DNA of 64,000 bases from Octopus sinensis. Its lineage: Eukaryota. The translations under genes and the position numbers were made by a program. Below are positions 12,707 to 25,470 of the stretch, piece by piece (positions within the stretch are counted from its first letter, which is position 1; each line of letters starts with the position of its first letter). Where the stretch lies: the NCBI RefSeq assembly GCF_006345805.1, contig NC_043008.1, forward strand, positions 4,402,001 to 4,466,000, written 5' to 3'. The notes beneath the pieces were generated by a model that saw nothing but the letters and a program-made list of their open reading frames with translations, did no database searches and had not been told where the DNA came from.

Positions 12707-13029
12707 AAACAACAATTAACATCTTGAAGATAGAATGATCACAGCTGGAATGCCTTTCATGATTGGTCTGCTAGATCAAAGTGAGCCAGTCTTTGAAGAA
12801 TGACTTTTAACTCAGTTTCATTCGAATATAATATCCCCCCCCCACACACACACACATACACACACTTTTTTTTTTATTCAGGCTTACATTGTTCCTCGCT
12901 CAAAATTCTAATGAATCAAAATTTTTACTGGAAAGTTGAAGTGTCCAACTGCAAAAACCTTATCTCAACTTAAAGGTGAAATATTTCCATATGTTAAATG
13001 ATTTTCTCAAGTAGAAATTTTGGGCAAAT

Positions 13030-13335
13030 ATCTTGTGCTGTTGCCCCGAGCCAACCAAAGACTTGTGAATGAATTTTGTTGAACAGAAACTGAAAAAAAA
13101 AGAATCCCAGTGTTGTGTGTGTGTGTGTGTGTTTGTCCCCTCCCGCCACACTGCTTCACAACTGATGTTGGTTTGTTTGCATCTCCATCACTTGGCAGTT
13201 TTGGCAAAAGAGAACAATGGAATAAATACCAAGCTGAAAACTGTACTGGGGTCACTTCATTTGAGTAAAACCCTTCAGGGCAGTGGTGCCCTGGCATGGC
13301 CACAGTCGAATAATTGAAACAAGTAAACGGTTAAA
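13030..13335 (+). mobile_element. SINE family B, 5'-truncated
   Basis: gagccaaccaaagacttgtgaat, internal (GT)n and cagtggtgccctggcatggccacagtc tail. Confidence 0.75.
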
Positions 13336-13877
13336 AGACACATTTGTTATGGCTGTCAAGTAAATCTATAAATCTACAAGAAAACCCATCTTGTCACAGT
13401 GATTGAAATATATTGAGTGATTAGATTTCAATAGGATAAAAATCTAGATTCAGAGTTTAGCTGTGATAGTTTACATCAGCAATAATTAGTCCATTGGAGT
13501 GTTAGATAAGTTCAATTGCCTCAAGTAGCAGAGTCAGGATGGATGTTTTGTATCTTAACCTTTGGACGACAGGAAAACGAAAAAGTTGAAAAACAAACAA
13601 TGGTATTGTCATTTCAACCCTAGGCAAGTAAATGGCAAGGCCTGAAACAGTTGATCCTAAACGCCTCATAGCAACTGAACTCATTCAACTTTTCTATGAA
13701 TTCTCCAATTGGATTAAAAGACAACCAAAAAATTCAGAAACATACTTGATCAATATTGCAAAAAAAACATTTTAGAAAGCATTCTGAAATGCCAATTGAT
13801 GAAGGAGTCTGTGTAAAAGTCTATGACTTTCAGCCAATAAGGAAAGAAAAAAATGGTAAACTAAACAAAACTTGTTG

Positions 13878-14075
13878 TTAAGGTATCTGGAAAATGAATG
13901 TACTCAATTCTCCAAGAGGCCTGTTGACTATTGTAAATGCAAACATATGGCACAGCTGCAGCAGTTCAAATGTTAACAGGCAACACATAAATGCAGCTTG
14001 CAAAAGTATGGCAGATTTTGCTTCTGTTTGCAACCATATTGCACAATTCACAAAGCTTTCAGTTATGACCTCCAG
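13878..14075 (-). CDS. Weak candidate exon or terminal exon behind a strong 3' splice site
   Basis: Very long T-rich tract ending tttgtttttacag|CTGGAG on the minus strand. Phase-0 frame is open for 65 codons to TAA; the other frames stop within 5 codons. No strong donor, no homology recognised. Confidence 0.22.
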   Translation of the reverse strand: MEVITESFVNCAIWLQTEAKSAILLQAAFMCCLLTFELLQLCHMFAFTIVNRPLGELSTFIFQIP

Positions 14076-15119
14076 CTGTAAAAACAAAAACTCTAAGAAC
14101 CAAAAAAGAAAAAACCAAAAATCCACATCCTACTCATAAAAGGTCTCTAAAAGAAGCAATAAAGAAACACAAAACCAAAAGAAAAAAAAGAAACAATTAT
14201 TTGAAGTAATAAAAAAGAGTGAAAGCAGAAGAGTTTATGTTAATTACATCAAGGTTGTTGTCATTTATTGGAATTAATTAAAGGGTCTTATTTGATTTGA
14301 ATGTTTCTTTTTCAATAAGAAATGAGGCTACAAAGGCACTATTAAAAAGGAACAATAATTTGAAAAGATAACTTAATGAATACTACTTTAAACTACTTAT
14401 GTAATATGGTTTAATTAGTGCTCAGTATAGAAAACAAAAAAACAACAAAGATAATAATGTTTCTTTGTGTAAGTTCTCGAAGCATTTGTCATGAAAAATA
14501 TTGTAAAATTTTTAAATGTTATACATAATTAATTCATAGACAGATATTATCAAACTTCACTATTTTTAAGTTTCTTTTTCAAATATATGCTGTCAAAAGA
14601 TTGTGTACCAGAAATTTTCATCTAAAACATTAGAATTATTTATTAATATTTGAAATGACATTTTGAAATGATTTATATTTTATTCAATATTTCAAATGAC
14701 ATTTTGAAATGATTTCATTTTTATTTCAATATTTCATAGCCTTGCTTTTATAATTGACTAAATTAACTAAATCAATTACCTGTTTCTATCATTAATCTCA
14801 TTAATCATGCTACTTATCTCTAGTTCTATCTTTCTCATTTTCATACACACAGGCACACATACATGCACACTGTGTTATAAAGAGTATCTTCAATTAAACA
14901 TTGTCTAATTGACGATACTCTGTTATCACACTTCCATACAGTTGCTGCTGGATAAGATACAGCTGCACATACAGGAGTGAGGAAGTGAGGAAGATATTAT
15001 TGGAATGTTCTAGGTTCGCCATTATCAAGCACAGTCATGATTAAATGCATTCCAATTAAGACCATCTCAAATATATCTAACCATGTTGTTCAAGGTATCC
15101 GTTTTTTTTTCCTAAGATG

Positions 15120-16717
15120 TAATTCAAGACAGTCTGCCCCTGGGAGCTCCTCTATGCTGATGACCTTGCTCTAATAGCTGTGTCTCTATCAGAACTAGAG
15201 GAGAAGTTTCAGGTGTGGAAGCAAGGTCTAGAATCGAAGGGTCTTAGAGTCAATCAAGCAAAAACCAAAGTCTTAGTGAGTAGGAAGGCAAACAAATCAC
15301 AAATCCCTTCAGGTAGACTGCTCTGCTCAATCTGTAGAAAAGCCATTGGTAGAAACTCCATAAATGTACCCAGTGTAAGCTATGGATACATAAGAGGTGC
15401 AGCAATATCAGAGGAAGGTTCAGGCAGTGAGCAGGCAGAAATGTTAGAACATTGGGTGAAGTGGTTAGCGGTATTTCATGTTTTTATGTTCTGAGTTCAA
15501 ATTCCACTGAGGTCAACTTTGTCTTTCGTCCTTTTGGGGTCAATAAGTACCAGTTGTGTACTGGAGTTGATCTAATCGACTGCACCCCTCCCCCAAAATT
15601 TCGAGCCTTGTGCCTAGAGTAGAAATGAATATCAAAGGAAGGTTAAATGAGAAGATAGTTTTTGTGTGTGGCAGAGGCTCAGGAGCAATAAACACTGAAG
15701 ACGTAAAGAAAACAGATTCCATCACATGACAGGGGGAAAAAAACTAGAAGTAGTCGATAGCTTCCATTACCTAGATGACCAAGTCAGGAGCAGCGGGTGG
15801 ATGCTCTGAGAGCATAGCTGCTAGAATAAGAATAGCCTGGGCAGACTTGAGAGCACTCCTACCTCTGCTGGTAATAAAGGGCCTCTCACTCAGAGTGAAA
15901 GGTAGACTGTATGATGCATGTATGCAAACAGCCATGCTACATGGCAATGAAACATGGGCTGACTGCTGAGGACATGCCAAGGCTTAAAAGAAATGAAGCT
16001 CGTATGTTCCTCTGGATGTGTAATGTCAGTGTGCATACTCAACAGAGTGTAAGCACCTTGAGAGAAAATTTGGATAAAAGAAGCGTCAGATGTGGTGTGT
16101 AAGAGAGACAACTCTACTGGTATGGTCATGTGGTGTGTATGGATGAGGATTGCTGTGTGAAAAAGTGTCACACCCTAACAGTGGAGGGAAGCTGTGGAAG
16201 AGGTAGACCCAGGAAGACATGGGATGAGGTCGTGAAGCATGACCTTTGAATGCTGGACCTCACAGAAGCAATGACAAGCAACCGAGACCTTTGGAGATAT
16301 GCTGTGCTTGAGAAGACCTGACCAGCCAAGTGAGATCATAGCCGTGGCTGAGGCCAGTGTCACATAACCAGCCCATTTAAAAGTACCATTCACTTATCAG
16401 GCAATATGCTGTGCCTGAGAAGACCTGTTGAGTCAAGTGAAATCCTTTTTAGTGGCCGATGCCACTGCTGCCTGGCTGGCTGGCTCCCCATGCCAGTGGC
16501 ACGTAAAAAGCACCATTCGAGCGTGGTTGGTGCCAGTGCTGCCTGACTGGCTCCCATGCTGGTGGCACATAAAAAGCACCCACTATATTCTCAGAGTGGT
16601 TAATGTTAGGAAGAGCATCCAGCTGTAGAAACCTTACCAGATCAGATTGGAGCCTAGTCCTCAGTTAAACCGTCCAACCCACACCAGCATGGAAAGTGGA
16701 CGTTAAATGATGATGAT
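15120..16717 (+). mobile_element. 5'-truncated RTE-clade LINE (RT, C-terminal region, 3' UTR, (GAT)n tail)
   Basis: PWELLYADDLAL, GLRVNQAKTKV, EVVDSFHYL, ARIRIAWADLR.LLPLL, VEGSCGRGRPRKTWDEVVKHD; ends cagcatggaaagtggacgttaaatgatgatgat. Confidence 0.95.
15421..15627 (+). mobile_element. SINE family A inserted in the RTE LINE, 17-bp TSD
   Basis: aatatca(g/a)aggaaggtt at 15404-15420 and 15628-15644 (one mismatch); the LINE reading frame resumes across the insertion. Confidence 0.92.
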
Positions 16718-16869
16718 ATGGGAGGGGGGTGAGTAAAAAGGAAAATAGACAAAATTTAAGTATTATAATTGTAGAACATTGAAGAATGCTGATAAGAAAA
16801 GACTTTAAAATGTCATGAAGAGCAGAAGATATCTGATAGGAAAACAGAAATCTTATCTCTGTATGAAAT

Positions 16870-16933
16870 AAACCATGTGGTAAACAAACCATGTGGTAAA
16901 CAAACCATGTGGTAAACAAACCATGTGGTAAAC
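16870..16933. repeat. Perfect tandem repeat, 4 x 16 bp (aaaccatgtggtaaac)
   Basis: Directly visible. Confidence 0.95.
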
Positions 16934-19324
16934 ACCAAAATGAAACAAGCGGGGCATGTAGCATCAGCTAAGAGATAAATCAGCAAGGTACCATGATTGA
17001 AAATGGGTTTAAATATAAATTAAAGTGATATGTAATTTTGTGCCTGAGGTTCAATGGATTTATGTAGGAAAGTCCTTCTAACTCAGGCCTTTACTTCATC
17101 AAACCTGTGCATAAGCAGTATTGAAAGTTGATATGTTTGATATTTGATACGCTTGGGCTGACCGAACATCTCAGAATTATTGTGTTAGAAAGAAGATAAG
17201 GCATAGATTTTTAAAAAGTAACCTTCTTCTGGGGTGGGGGTGGAGGGGCTTTTTTGTATTTTATAGTAATGATCCCATGTTTTTTTTTAGTGAAGAAACA
17301 TCAATAGTTTTCAACTTCAAAGGAGGATTTCTTTTTTTTTTTTCAAAGAAAAACAAAAATCCTTCAATCCAAAATATTTGGTTTTCCTTCTTCAAATCAT
17401 AAAATTTAATGCAATGTTTATAATTTTTGAATTACTGATTTCAGAGAATCACTGGTTTCTTCTGGTGCACCTCTCTTGTTACAAAATTATGTCTGAAAAC
17501 TCTTCTTAAGTATTCATAATGACTAACCTCAAACCTTTTTGAATATAATGTTTGTAATTCAGCATAGGTCTACTCAGCCAGAGCTAAAGCTATATAGCAA
17601 TGATTACAATGCTGATACAGTCTGAGATAAATATATTGAAACAACATGGAAGCATCTACATGTTGGCTCACTTGTCAGAAAAAGGGGTCAAACATCTCTT
17701 GAACTACACTTTAATTAAATGTGAAAGGACCTACTGAACAATGTAGCTGTGGATACTCTAAAAATATAAAACGATCACAGCTGGACTGCCTTTAAACATA
17801 ATATTACAACACAATATTTATATCCTCAGATTTATCCAAGAAGATTATAATACTCAAGTTGAAGCTATTTACACTCTTAAATACTCAAATGTATCTGGTA
17901 TATTTATAGATGTGATCCCTGCTATTCCTTTTGTGAAACAACTTCCTGAAATCGCATCCAACTAAATTCCCTAAATCAAAGATGGTATCCACTTAAAAGT
18001 TAGTTGCAAAGTTAATGCTTGCATATTTAATGCAGGAATCATTGAAAAGTTAATTAGATATAATTATGCTATGCAGGAAAAACAAAATTGTATTTATTGA
18101 TTTCAGTATGGGAAACATCAGGCTTGTTTCGGTGTCATTAAACCTTCTCAGCAAGGCTTAGATTTAGCCATATTTGCTGAGTTAATGATGACACCCTGTG
18201 TTGTAGTCGACATTACTGGTTCACTATAACTAAATGTACTTGAAGCCTAAGCATATTTAAAAATAATTAACCACTGAGTTTAATTATCTAGAGATTGTAC
18301 AGAAAATTGGAATTGACTAAAATTTTGTTTTTGTTTTGCGTTTTTTACAATTTTCAACAGCAAATAAATTCTTCTAGATAACTTCTTAATGCTTTCTGCT
18401 CATAAAATATAAATATTAACGTCACTAAATACCTTAAGTTGAGATTAAAAATTTAAAGACTTAAATATATAATTTATAGGTTTTTTTTTTTCTTTTTAAG
18501 TAAATAGTTTAGTGAGTGCAGTAATTTTCAAAACCAATTGTTTGAATAACTTTAGCTAAGTTCATCTGTCAGATAAAACAAATTATAAAAATTGGTTAAA
18601 AAACATGATATCTTTAATATTGTTATTTTATTCTGTCCCTTTATTTATTATTTAACCATTATGAAATTATCTCTTGGGAAAGATTTAAGAGAAATTTATC
18701 TTTTTGAGGTTTAAGAAAAAGTTATCTTTTGGGGTTTAAGATTAGTTATCAATATTTAAGCTATTTTATAATTGTATATTATTTTCTTGTCAAATTTTTC
18801 CTCCAAATCGATAAATACTTTGAATATCTATGACATTAGTAGTTGTGGTAATATGAGAAAATCAAGAAAAAATATATATATATATATATCAATAACAACT
18901 ACAAAAACAAATAAAACGAAAACATTGAATTAATCATTATTTTTAAAATTCAGAAAATTTTGATAATTTTGCATCTGAAAGTTTTTTTAAAAAAACTAAA
19001 ATTAGTTGACATAGCTGTTTATTAATATGGTAAGAGATAATGGATCATTAGAGGATTCCATCTGATTACTTGTCAAATGTTATATAAGCTGAACTTCACA
19101 AATCAAAATTCTAAAACTTCTAGGGGGTTTTTTATCTATAGAAATGTAAAATATTAAGTTAATAAAATATAGTTCATGATATAGAAACATTTTTTCTTCA
19201 TCACTTTCTGTTTGAAAAAAAGTTGTTGGGTTCAAGAAACTAGAAATTATGAAAAAAATGCCACAAAGCAAGAATTATTTGTTATTGTTGTTTATTAACT
19301 CTAGAGCAACTTCACTCGAGCAAG

Positions 19325-20565
19325 CAGTCATCTTCATCATCTTCATCATCATCATCATCATCATTCAATGTCCTTTTTCCGTGCTGGCATGAGATGGACA
19401 GTTTGAGAGGATCCAGTGTGTCGAATGACAGTATTGAGCTCCAGTGTCTGCTTTGGCATGGATTTCACAGCTGAAATCCCTTCCTAATGCCGAATAGTGT
19501 GGATGGGGTGCTTTCTTTGTGCCACCTGCACTGTAAAGGTCACCATGCAAGACTACAAGCCATGGGGTAGGTGGCAGGGTCATGTTCATGCCAGGGGATG
19601 AGGGGTTTACTATGAGAGAGGTTGGCAGAGTAGTTTCCTGCAGAGGAAACACATGTCTAGTAGGGGTCGAGGTGAGGAAAGAAAGAGAAAATGATCAGTG
19701 GAAGCTGCAAGGCATAGATAGTAAACAATAGGGTACCCAGGTGGCCCCACAAGGCATGAACCAAGTAGAAGTGGGTGGGTAGGTAAAGTAGTGAAAGAAG
19801 GGTGGGGAGGCAGACTTTCAAAACGGGTAGGATTTGAAGAGTGGATGAGACAAGAGACATGACCTGGGAAAGCATGGATGGGGGTGGGGGGAGCAGTAGG
19901 AGTAGTAAAGATGATGCAATTGCTGAAAGAGGAGGGACAAGAGATGAGCAAGGAGGAGAAGTTGACAAACTGTATGCGGTGAGGGAATCGCTATTACTGG
20001 TGAATAATCCAAAATATAGTACTTCCAGAACTCAGTTTTGCTGAGGAAAGCAAATGTTTTTGACAACCTCATATCACCAAAGATTCCAGTCCCTTTGTCT
20101 TCTCATCTACCAGGTTCAGGGTCTTGAGACCAGCTTTCCTTACTTCATCCCATGTTTTTGTTTTTTTGTTTTTGTGTCTTCCTCTTCTGTGGGTTCCAGC
20201 CTTGTTAAGCAAACTGCACTTTTTCATACAGCTGTACTCATTCATACACATCCACACATCCATTCCACTTCAATCTTCTTCAACTAAGTATCTCATTCCT
20301 TTTATATCCAGTTTTTCACTCAGCACCTTTTTACCAATTCTTTCATGCACACTCACATTGAACATCCAACACAGCACACTCACTTCATTTTTTTATCAAT
20401 CTTCTCAAGTGCTCTGCATTCCAGCCCCCCCCACACACACACAATGCTTCATTACCATGCAGCATTACAGTTCTAACACAAACATCATACAATCTGCTTT
20501 TGAACTTTCTCTAACCATCTACCTTGCTAATTACCCACCTAGGTAACAAAAGCTGTCAACTTCTT
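19325..20565 (-). mobile_element. RTE LINE 3' portion with long purine-rich 3' UTR
   Basis: Minus peptide RRGRHK..KTWDEVRKAGLKTLNLVDEKTK (20069-20263), C-terminal region to about 20560, and a (CAT)n tail at 19325-19366. Confidence 0.85.
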
Positions 20566-22155
20566 CTAATTAGTCATCTGGGCATTTAAGAGACTCGATT
20601 TCTTGTGTGTTTGTACGTACTACCCCCAGTGTATATACTGCAAATGAAATTTACTTTCTTGGTTAGTCTGCTAGTGATTCCACTACATCTCTTGTGTATC
20701 CATAACTTACATTTAGTGCATCTGATGGAGTTTAAACTCACCTCTTTTTTATGTGTTGAGCAAGGCCATTTCCTTCAAGGTGTCACGGTCCTGTCATCTT
20801 CCCTATTTACTTAAACCTTAGTTTTTTGCTAGCTTAAACTTAAGGCCCCTCAAATCCAGGTTTAGCTTCTATGCCTAGAATTTCTTCTCTGATTCTCCCA
20901 ATAAAGTCAGCTATGAGGAATAGATCATTTAATCATAGCAGTGTTATGATTAAAGGCATTTCATCTTATCTTGTCTGTTGAATGCCCTCTGGGTGGCTCT
21001 TAATATGAAGGGAAATAACTATCAAATAACACTGTAAGGCAAGATCAGAAATTTGAATTTGAGTTCAAAGGATATGAAATGGATACACAGAGTTCACATA
21101 TATAAATATGCATATGATGATATTTTTTCTTCATCTTTGGCATAGTTCTTATCTGATTGTTTTTCTCTGTCCAAAACTGACAGAGTATGATTTGAAAAAT
21201 ATTTGATTGCTATGTCTAACACGTTGGTCTACTTCTGTTGCTTTAGAAATGTTCATTTACAGTTGTTGATGAAATACGTATCCCTTCATGTATGGCTGCT
21301 TTGACAAAAGACTTACTTTGGAGAGAAAAAAATATAATGTTCACATTGATCAAAGTCATTCATTAACTAGGCATTACTGACTGTTAGCATGGCGTTATTT
21401 TATATTTTGTCTCTATAGAGGAGTTTCATCTTGTGTAAATATTTTAATATAAGACTCAGCTGATATCAAACACCTTAATCTATTGCTCAGTTCAACACTG
21501 CTATTACTGGGACCTTGGGTACTCTTAGCAAAATCCATTCTGTTAAAAGCATTCAGATCAAGTCCCTAGTTTCTGGTTTCTTCCTGTCTTCTCTTGTCTC
21601 AGCTCAACGGCCCTGAAAAAAGTTATGGTGCTGGATTTCTTCCTCCTCCAAGAACAGGAAAAAATATTAGAGATGTATAATTAATAGTTCCACAATCAAT
21701 TTTAAAAGAAATTCTGTATGGACTGTGGAAAATGGTTTTCCTTTTTCTTTTTTTCTCTTTGTAAATGATAATGGTGGATGTTATAATGGGAATATTCTCA
21801 ACACAGAAATATAGAAATATAAGCACAATACAAGTACAGATTTCATGTGCATCTCAACTGTGACACAAAGATTGTGTATCCTGTTGTCCTTCTTCAGGAA
21901 ATACACATCTTTTGTGTGTGTGTGTTAAACCAGGGTATAGAATATCATAAACATTAAGGAGTAAAACAGAGCTTGCTACATCATCTGTCATAAGTGGATA
22001 TTATATTACACTAACTGAAGATATCCCTATGCCTTGTATCTTATTTGTAGTTTAATGACCTATGAACCCAATCTGTTATTGCCAAATTCTTTAGAAGTTG
22101 CCATGGCACCAGTTTTTAGTGAGAAAATCTACCACTTCCATGGTTTTATATAAGA

Positions 22156-22198
<43 letters not shown>

Positions 22199-23164
22199 CC
22201 TGTATACAGAATCATACATCCAATTTCCTAAGAATATATTGGGTTGGCCAAGTTTCATAGCATCTCATCTCCTGCTGCAGTCCTTCATCATCTGGCACAC
22301 AGCAACAGAATAAACTGCCAGCCTCTGTGTACATCAAACACACACACATTTAAATGAATGCTAATAAGGCCTTATAGTCCTATCTCAGTTTATATAAATT
22401 GTCCACTGTAATGGCTAATATTTTGGCATAAAGTTCGATATACATAATCTAGAAAGCAAAACAATAATGAGCAGAAATAACAAAGAAATTAAAAGTAGTA
22501 GGAGGTGAAGTGTTACATATTGCTCAATTAAAGAATTTTCAGCATCGGAGAAGGAAGACAGAAAGGATGTGATAAAAGAGAGACAGGCATTTACACTACA
22601 ACAGTGTTAAAGTGAAGACAAACTGTCTATAATGACGCATATGTAGTGTTTAAGAGAGAGAGAGAGAGAGATGGGTGGTTGATGTTCAATTTTTGGAAGA
22701 TTTATTCGAGGATGCTTGTTTAGATCTTTTACCTTACAAAAGCATTTTGAAGATTCCTTAGTTTAGCAACATGTTGCACCTGAAAATTTATTCATTACTC
22801 TCATTCTTTTGTTTGTGTTGTTATTGTTTGTATTGCTTTCTTTGGTGTGACTATAGCATTTCTTATGTCTAAATCTCAGTAGATACTATGGACTCCTTAC
22901 ATATTATAATATACATACTTGACTATTTAGCAGTAATTTTAAACATTCCATAACATGCATTTCATAAATAGATAGACTGACAAACACATGGATAGATATT
23001 CATATATATTACAATGTCGCACTATAAAATAATAGCTTTGATGAGGAAATTTTTTCATTTGGAGTAACCATGGAAACTGCAAATGCAGAAAGAGGAGTAC
23101 AGTAAAGTTCAATGTAAAGACTGACATAGCTAGAAGGTGCTTAACATTGTTGTTGCTGCTGTTG

Positions 23165-23376
23165 TTGTGACAGTGACTGGGCTGTTAGCATGCCAGGCAA
23201 AATGGTTAACAGTATTTCATCCATTCATATGATCTGGGTTCAAATTCCACCACGGTCAACTTTGCCTTTCATCTTTTCAGGGGCAATGAAATATGCACCA
23301 GCTATGCACTGGGGTTAATGTAATCGACTATGCCCCCCCCACCCAAATTTCAGGCCTTGTGCCTATAATAGAAAGG

Positions 23377-23432
<56 letters not shown>

Positions 23433-23520
23433 GGTGGTGAGCTTGCAGAATCTTTAGCAGACTGGACAAAATGCTTGTCAGCACTTTGTCTCTACATCCT
23501 GAGTACAGATTCCGCCACTA
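23165..23520 (+). mobile_element. Two head-to-tail family A SINEs separated by (ATT)n
   Basis: Full copy at 23165-23375, (ATT)n at 23377-23430, then aaggtggtgagcttgcagaatc starts a truncated second copy. Confidence 0.85.
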
Positions 23521-24479
23521 GTAGCTCCAGTGACTGGACTGTGGCCATACTTCTTCTGCGTATATATTCAGATATTCCTCTTCACTATAAAAAAAAAAAA
23601 CAAACGTATACTGTGCACTTGTTTTTTAGGCATAAACAATCAACCGAAAATAATTGCTTGCCATCCCAGATTCTTTTTCGCTACCAAATTACTTGTACAA
23701 AATACATTTTCCCTCCAATTCTAATGCATCCATTCACTCTTGTTTACCATACTTTCTATTTTCACATCCAAATAGCTGTTACATGCTTTAACAAAGCTAA
23801 GCAAAATATAAGGTCTATTTTAGTATGTGTTTTTCAACTGATATGGCACGTTTCAAAGCATTTTTAGACTCTAATATGGTTAATTCAAAATTACAGCTAT
23901 TGAATTTTTTTATCTTGTATGCTTTTAACACTAAATGATATTGGTGATATCAAAAAAAAAACAAGAAAAGAGGAAAGGAAAAACATTCAAAATGTCTTAC
24001 ATTATATACTTAAAGTATTCTATATTTATCAAATATCTAAATTTGTTTATGTTCCTGTTATTCTTGGTATGATAAGATGAAAAAAGAAAAAGAAACAATC
24101 AAACTGTATTTAATTGACCTTATTAGATACCAATTATAAATAAATTGATACAAGTCAGGATAAATTTAACTTGCAAGATAAACTTCCTGTAGAAATCAAA
24201 TTATTTCAGAAGGAATTTATTTTTATATTTGAGCAATTTAACTGAATCTGAAGACAGTAAAAAATTCTTTTTTAAATATAATTTAAAATAAAATGGATCC
24301 TGAGAAATTCCAGTGAAATTCTGTTACTTTATCACTGAAGCATTTATACCTGTATAAGCGACGGCAGTAGTGGCAGCAGCATTGCTTATATATTGGCCTA
24401 TGTTTCTTCATTGTAGAGGCATTTCTTAATTTATCCATATCTGGTATGCAATTGAAATCTAAGTTTGGTACAAACCAGT

Positions 24480-24600
24480 GAGAGAGAGCCTCTACATGTT
24501 TGCCTGACCTGTTAGAAATAGCTTGGAGAACAGATGGAACAGCTGTATCTAGAACTCCTTTAATCATACGTCTGCTTGACAAAGGCCAATCTAAAGTTGG
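24480..24600 (+). mobile_element. Internally deleted SINE family C fragment
   Basis: gcctctacatg...gacctgttagaaatagc joined to actcctttaatcatacgtctgcttgac, both family C motifs (compare 60205-60385). Confidence 0.55.
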
Positions 24601-25029
24601 TTATACAATGACAAAACTATTTAGTACTGGTGTTATTGTGAAAGAAAATATGGTAGAGTCAGGATGCAGTAGATAATGCTCCAAGAGCTGTCATCAGCAA
24701 AAGGGTTTGTTTATCCTTGCAATGCTCTCTCATATCAGTTCCCTGCTATCTTCAAAATGAGAAAGACACCCTAAGTAATGTAATCCTAGATATGCTTGGA
24801 CAGCATGGATAAAATCCTCATTGATTGCTTACTACTTATTTTTTGAGAGCTAAAAAATAATAGTAACTTAGTTTTGACACTATTATTGGTCTGATATTAG
24901 TTTTCAATTATTTATTGGTTTGGCAATTGCTTCTTTTGTATGTTAGGATCTCAATAAATGGATGCTGCTAGAAAATAATTTTTAAGAAGTGGAATTGCTC
25001 AGTGACCAATGTTTAATGCTTTTGTTCAA

Positions 25030-25470
25030 GGTTTCCTTGTTGTTAATTAACCCCAGTTAGTTCTAATTGAAGAGACTTATGGTCAAAAGAACTACAAGTA
25101 TAACTATCATGTCTCTCATCCAGGCATGAGAGTACATTGACCAATATATTTCCCCTTAATTGTGTGTTTGAGATAGATTTCACTTCTGTTACTAGCAAGT
25201 GAAATGACCACATTGTGGCTCTCATTTGGATTTATAATCTCTCTGCTTAAATTTATTGTTGATCAACCCTAATTCAGCTCTGACCAAGCAGGCCTCTGAT
25301 CATAGGCATTCCAGCCATAATCCTCCAGTCTTTTTCCAGGCATCGTGCATCTAGAATTACATCATCCTGTATGTCCTCACTCTTTTCATAATGGTAGGCT
25401 ATGATTTGAAGGGCATTTAGCTACTATTTCTTGCAGGTTGGGTGGTCATATAGAGGTTTTTCTAGTTTTT
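25030..25470 (-). mobile_element. Two adjacent family C SINE copies
   Basis: cagctctgaccaagcaggcctctgatcataggcattccagcc...gctactatttcttgcaggttgggtggtcatatagagg is the reverse complement of the family C body. Confidence 0.6.

Noticed and set aside
18108-18230. Protein-like frames on both strands (YGKHQACFGVIKP… and EPVMSTTTQGV…)
   Set aside because: Short, end in stops with no good donor; expected by chance at this window size.
20742-20800. Strong minus donor GAG|GTGAGT
   Set aside because: No open frame from any nearby acceptor.
24283-24582. 99-aa minus ORF with protein-like composition (…KQCCCHYCRR…)
   Set aside because: Its 5' third is the antisense of a family C SINE fragment (24480-24600), which also supplies the apparent splice sites; no homology recognised.
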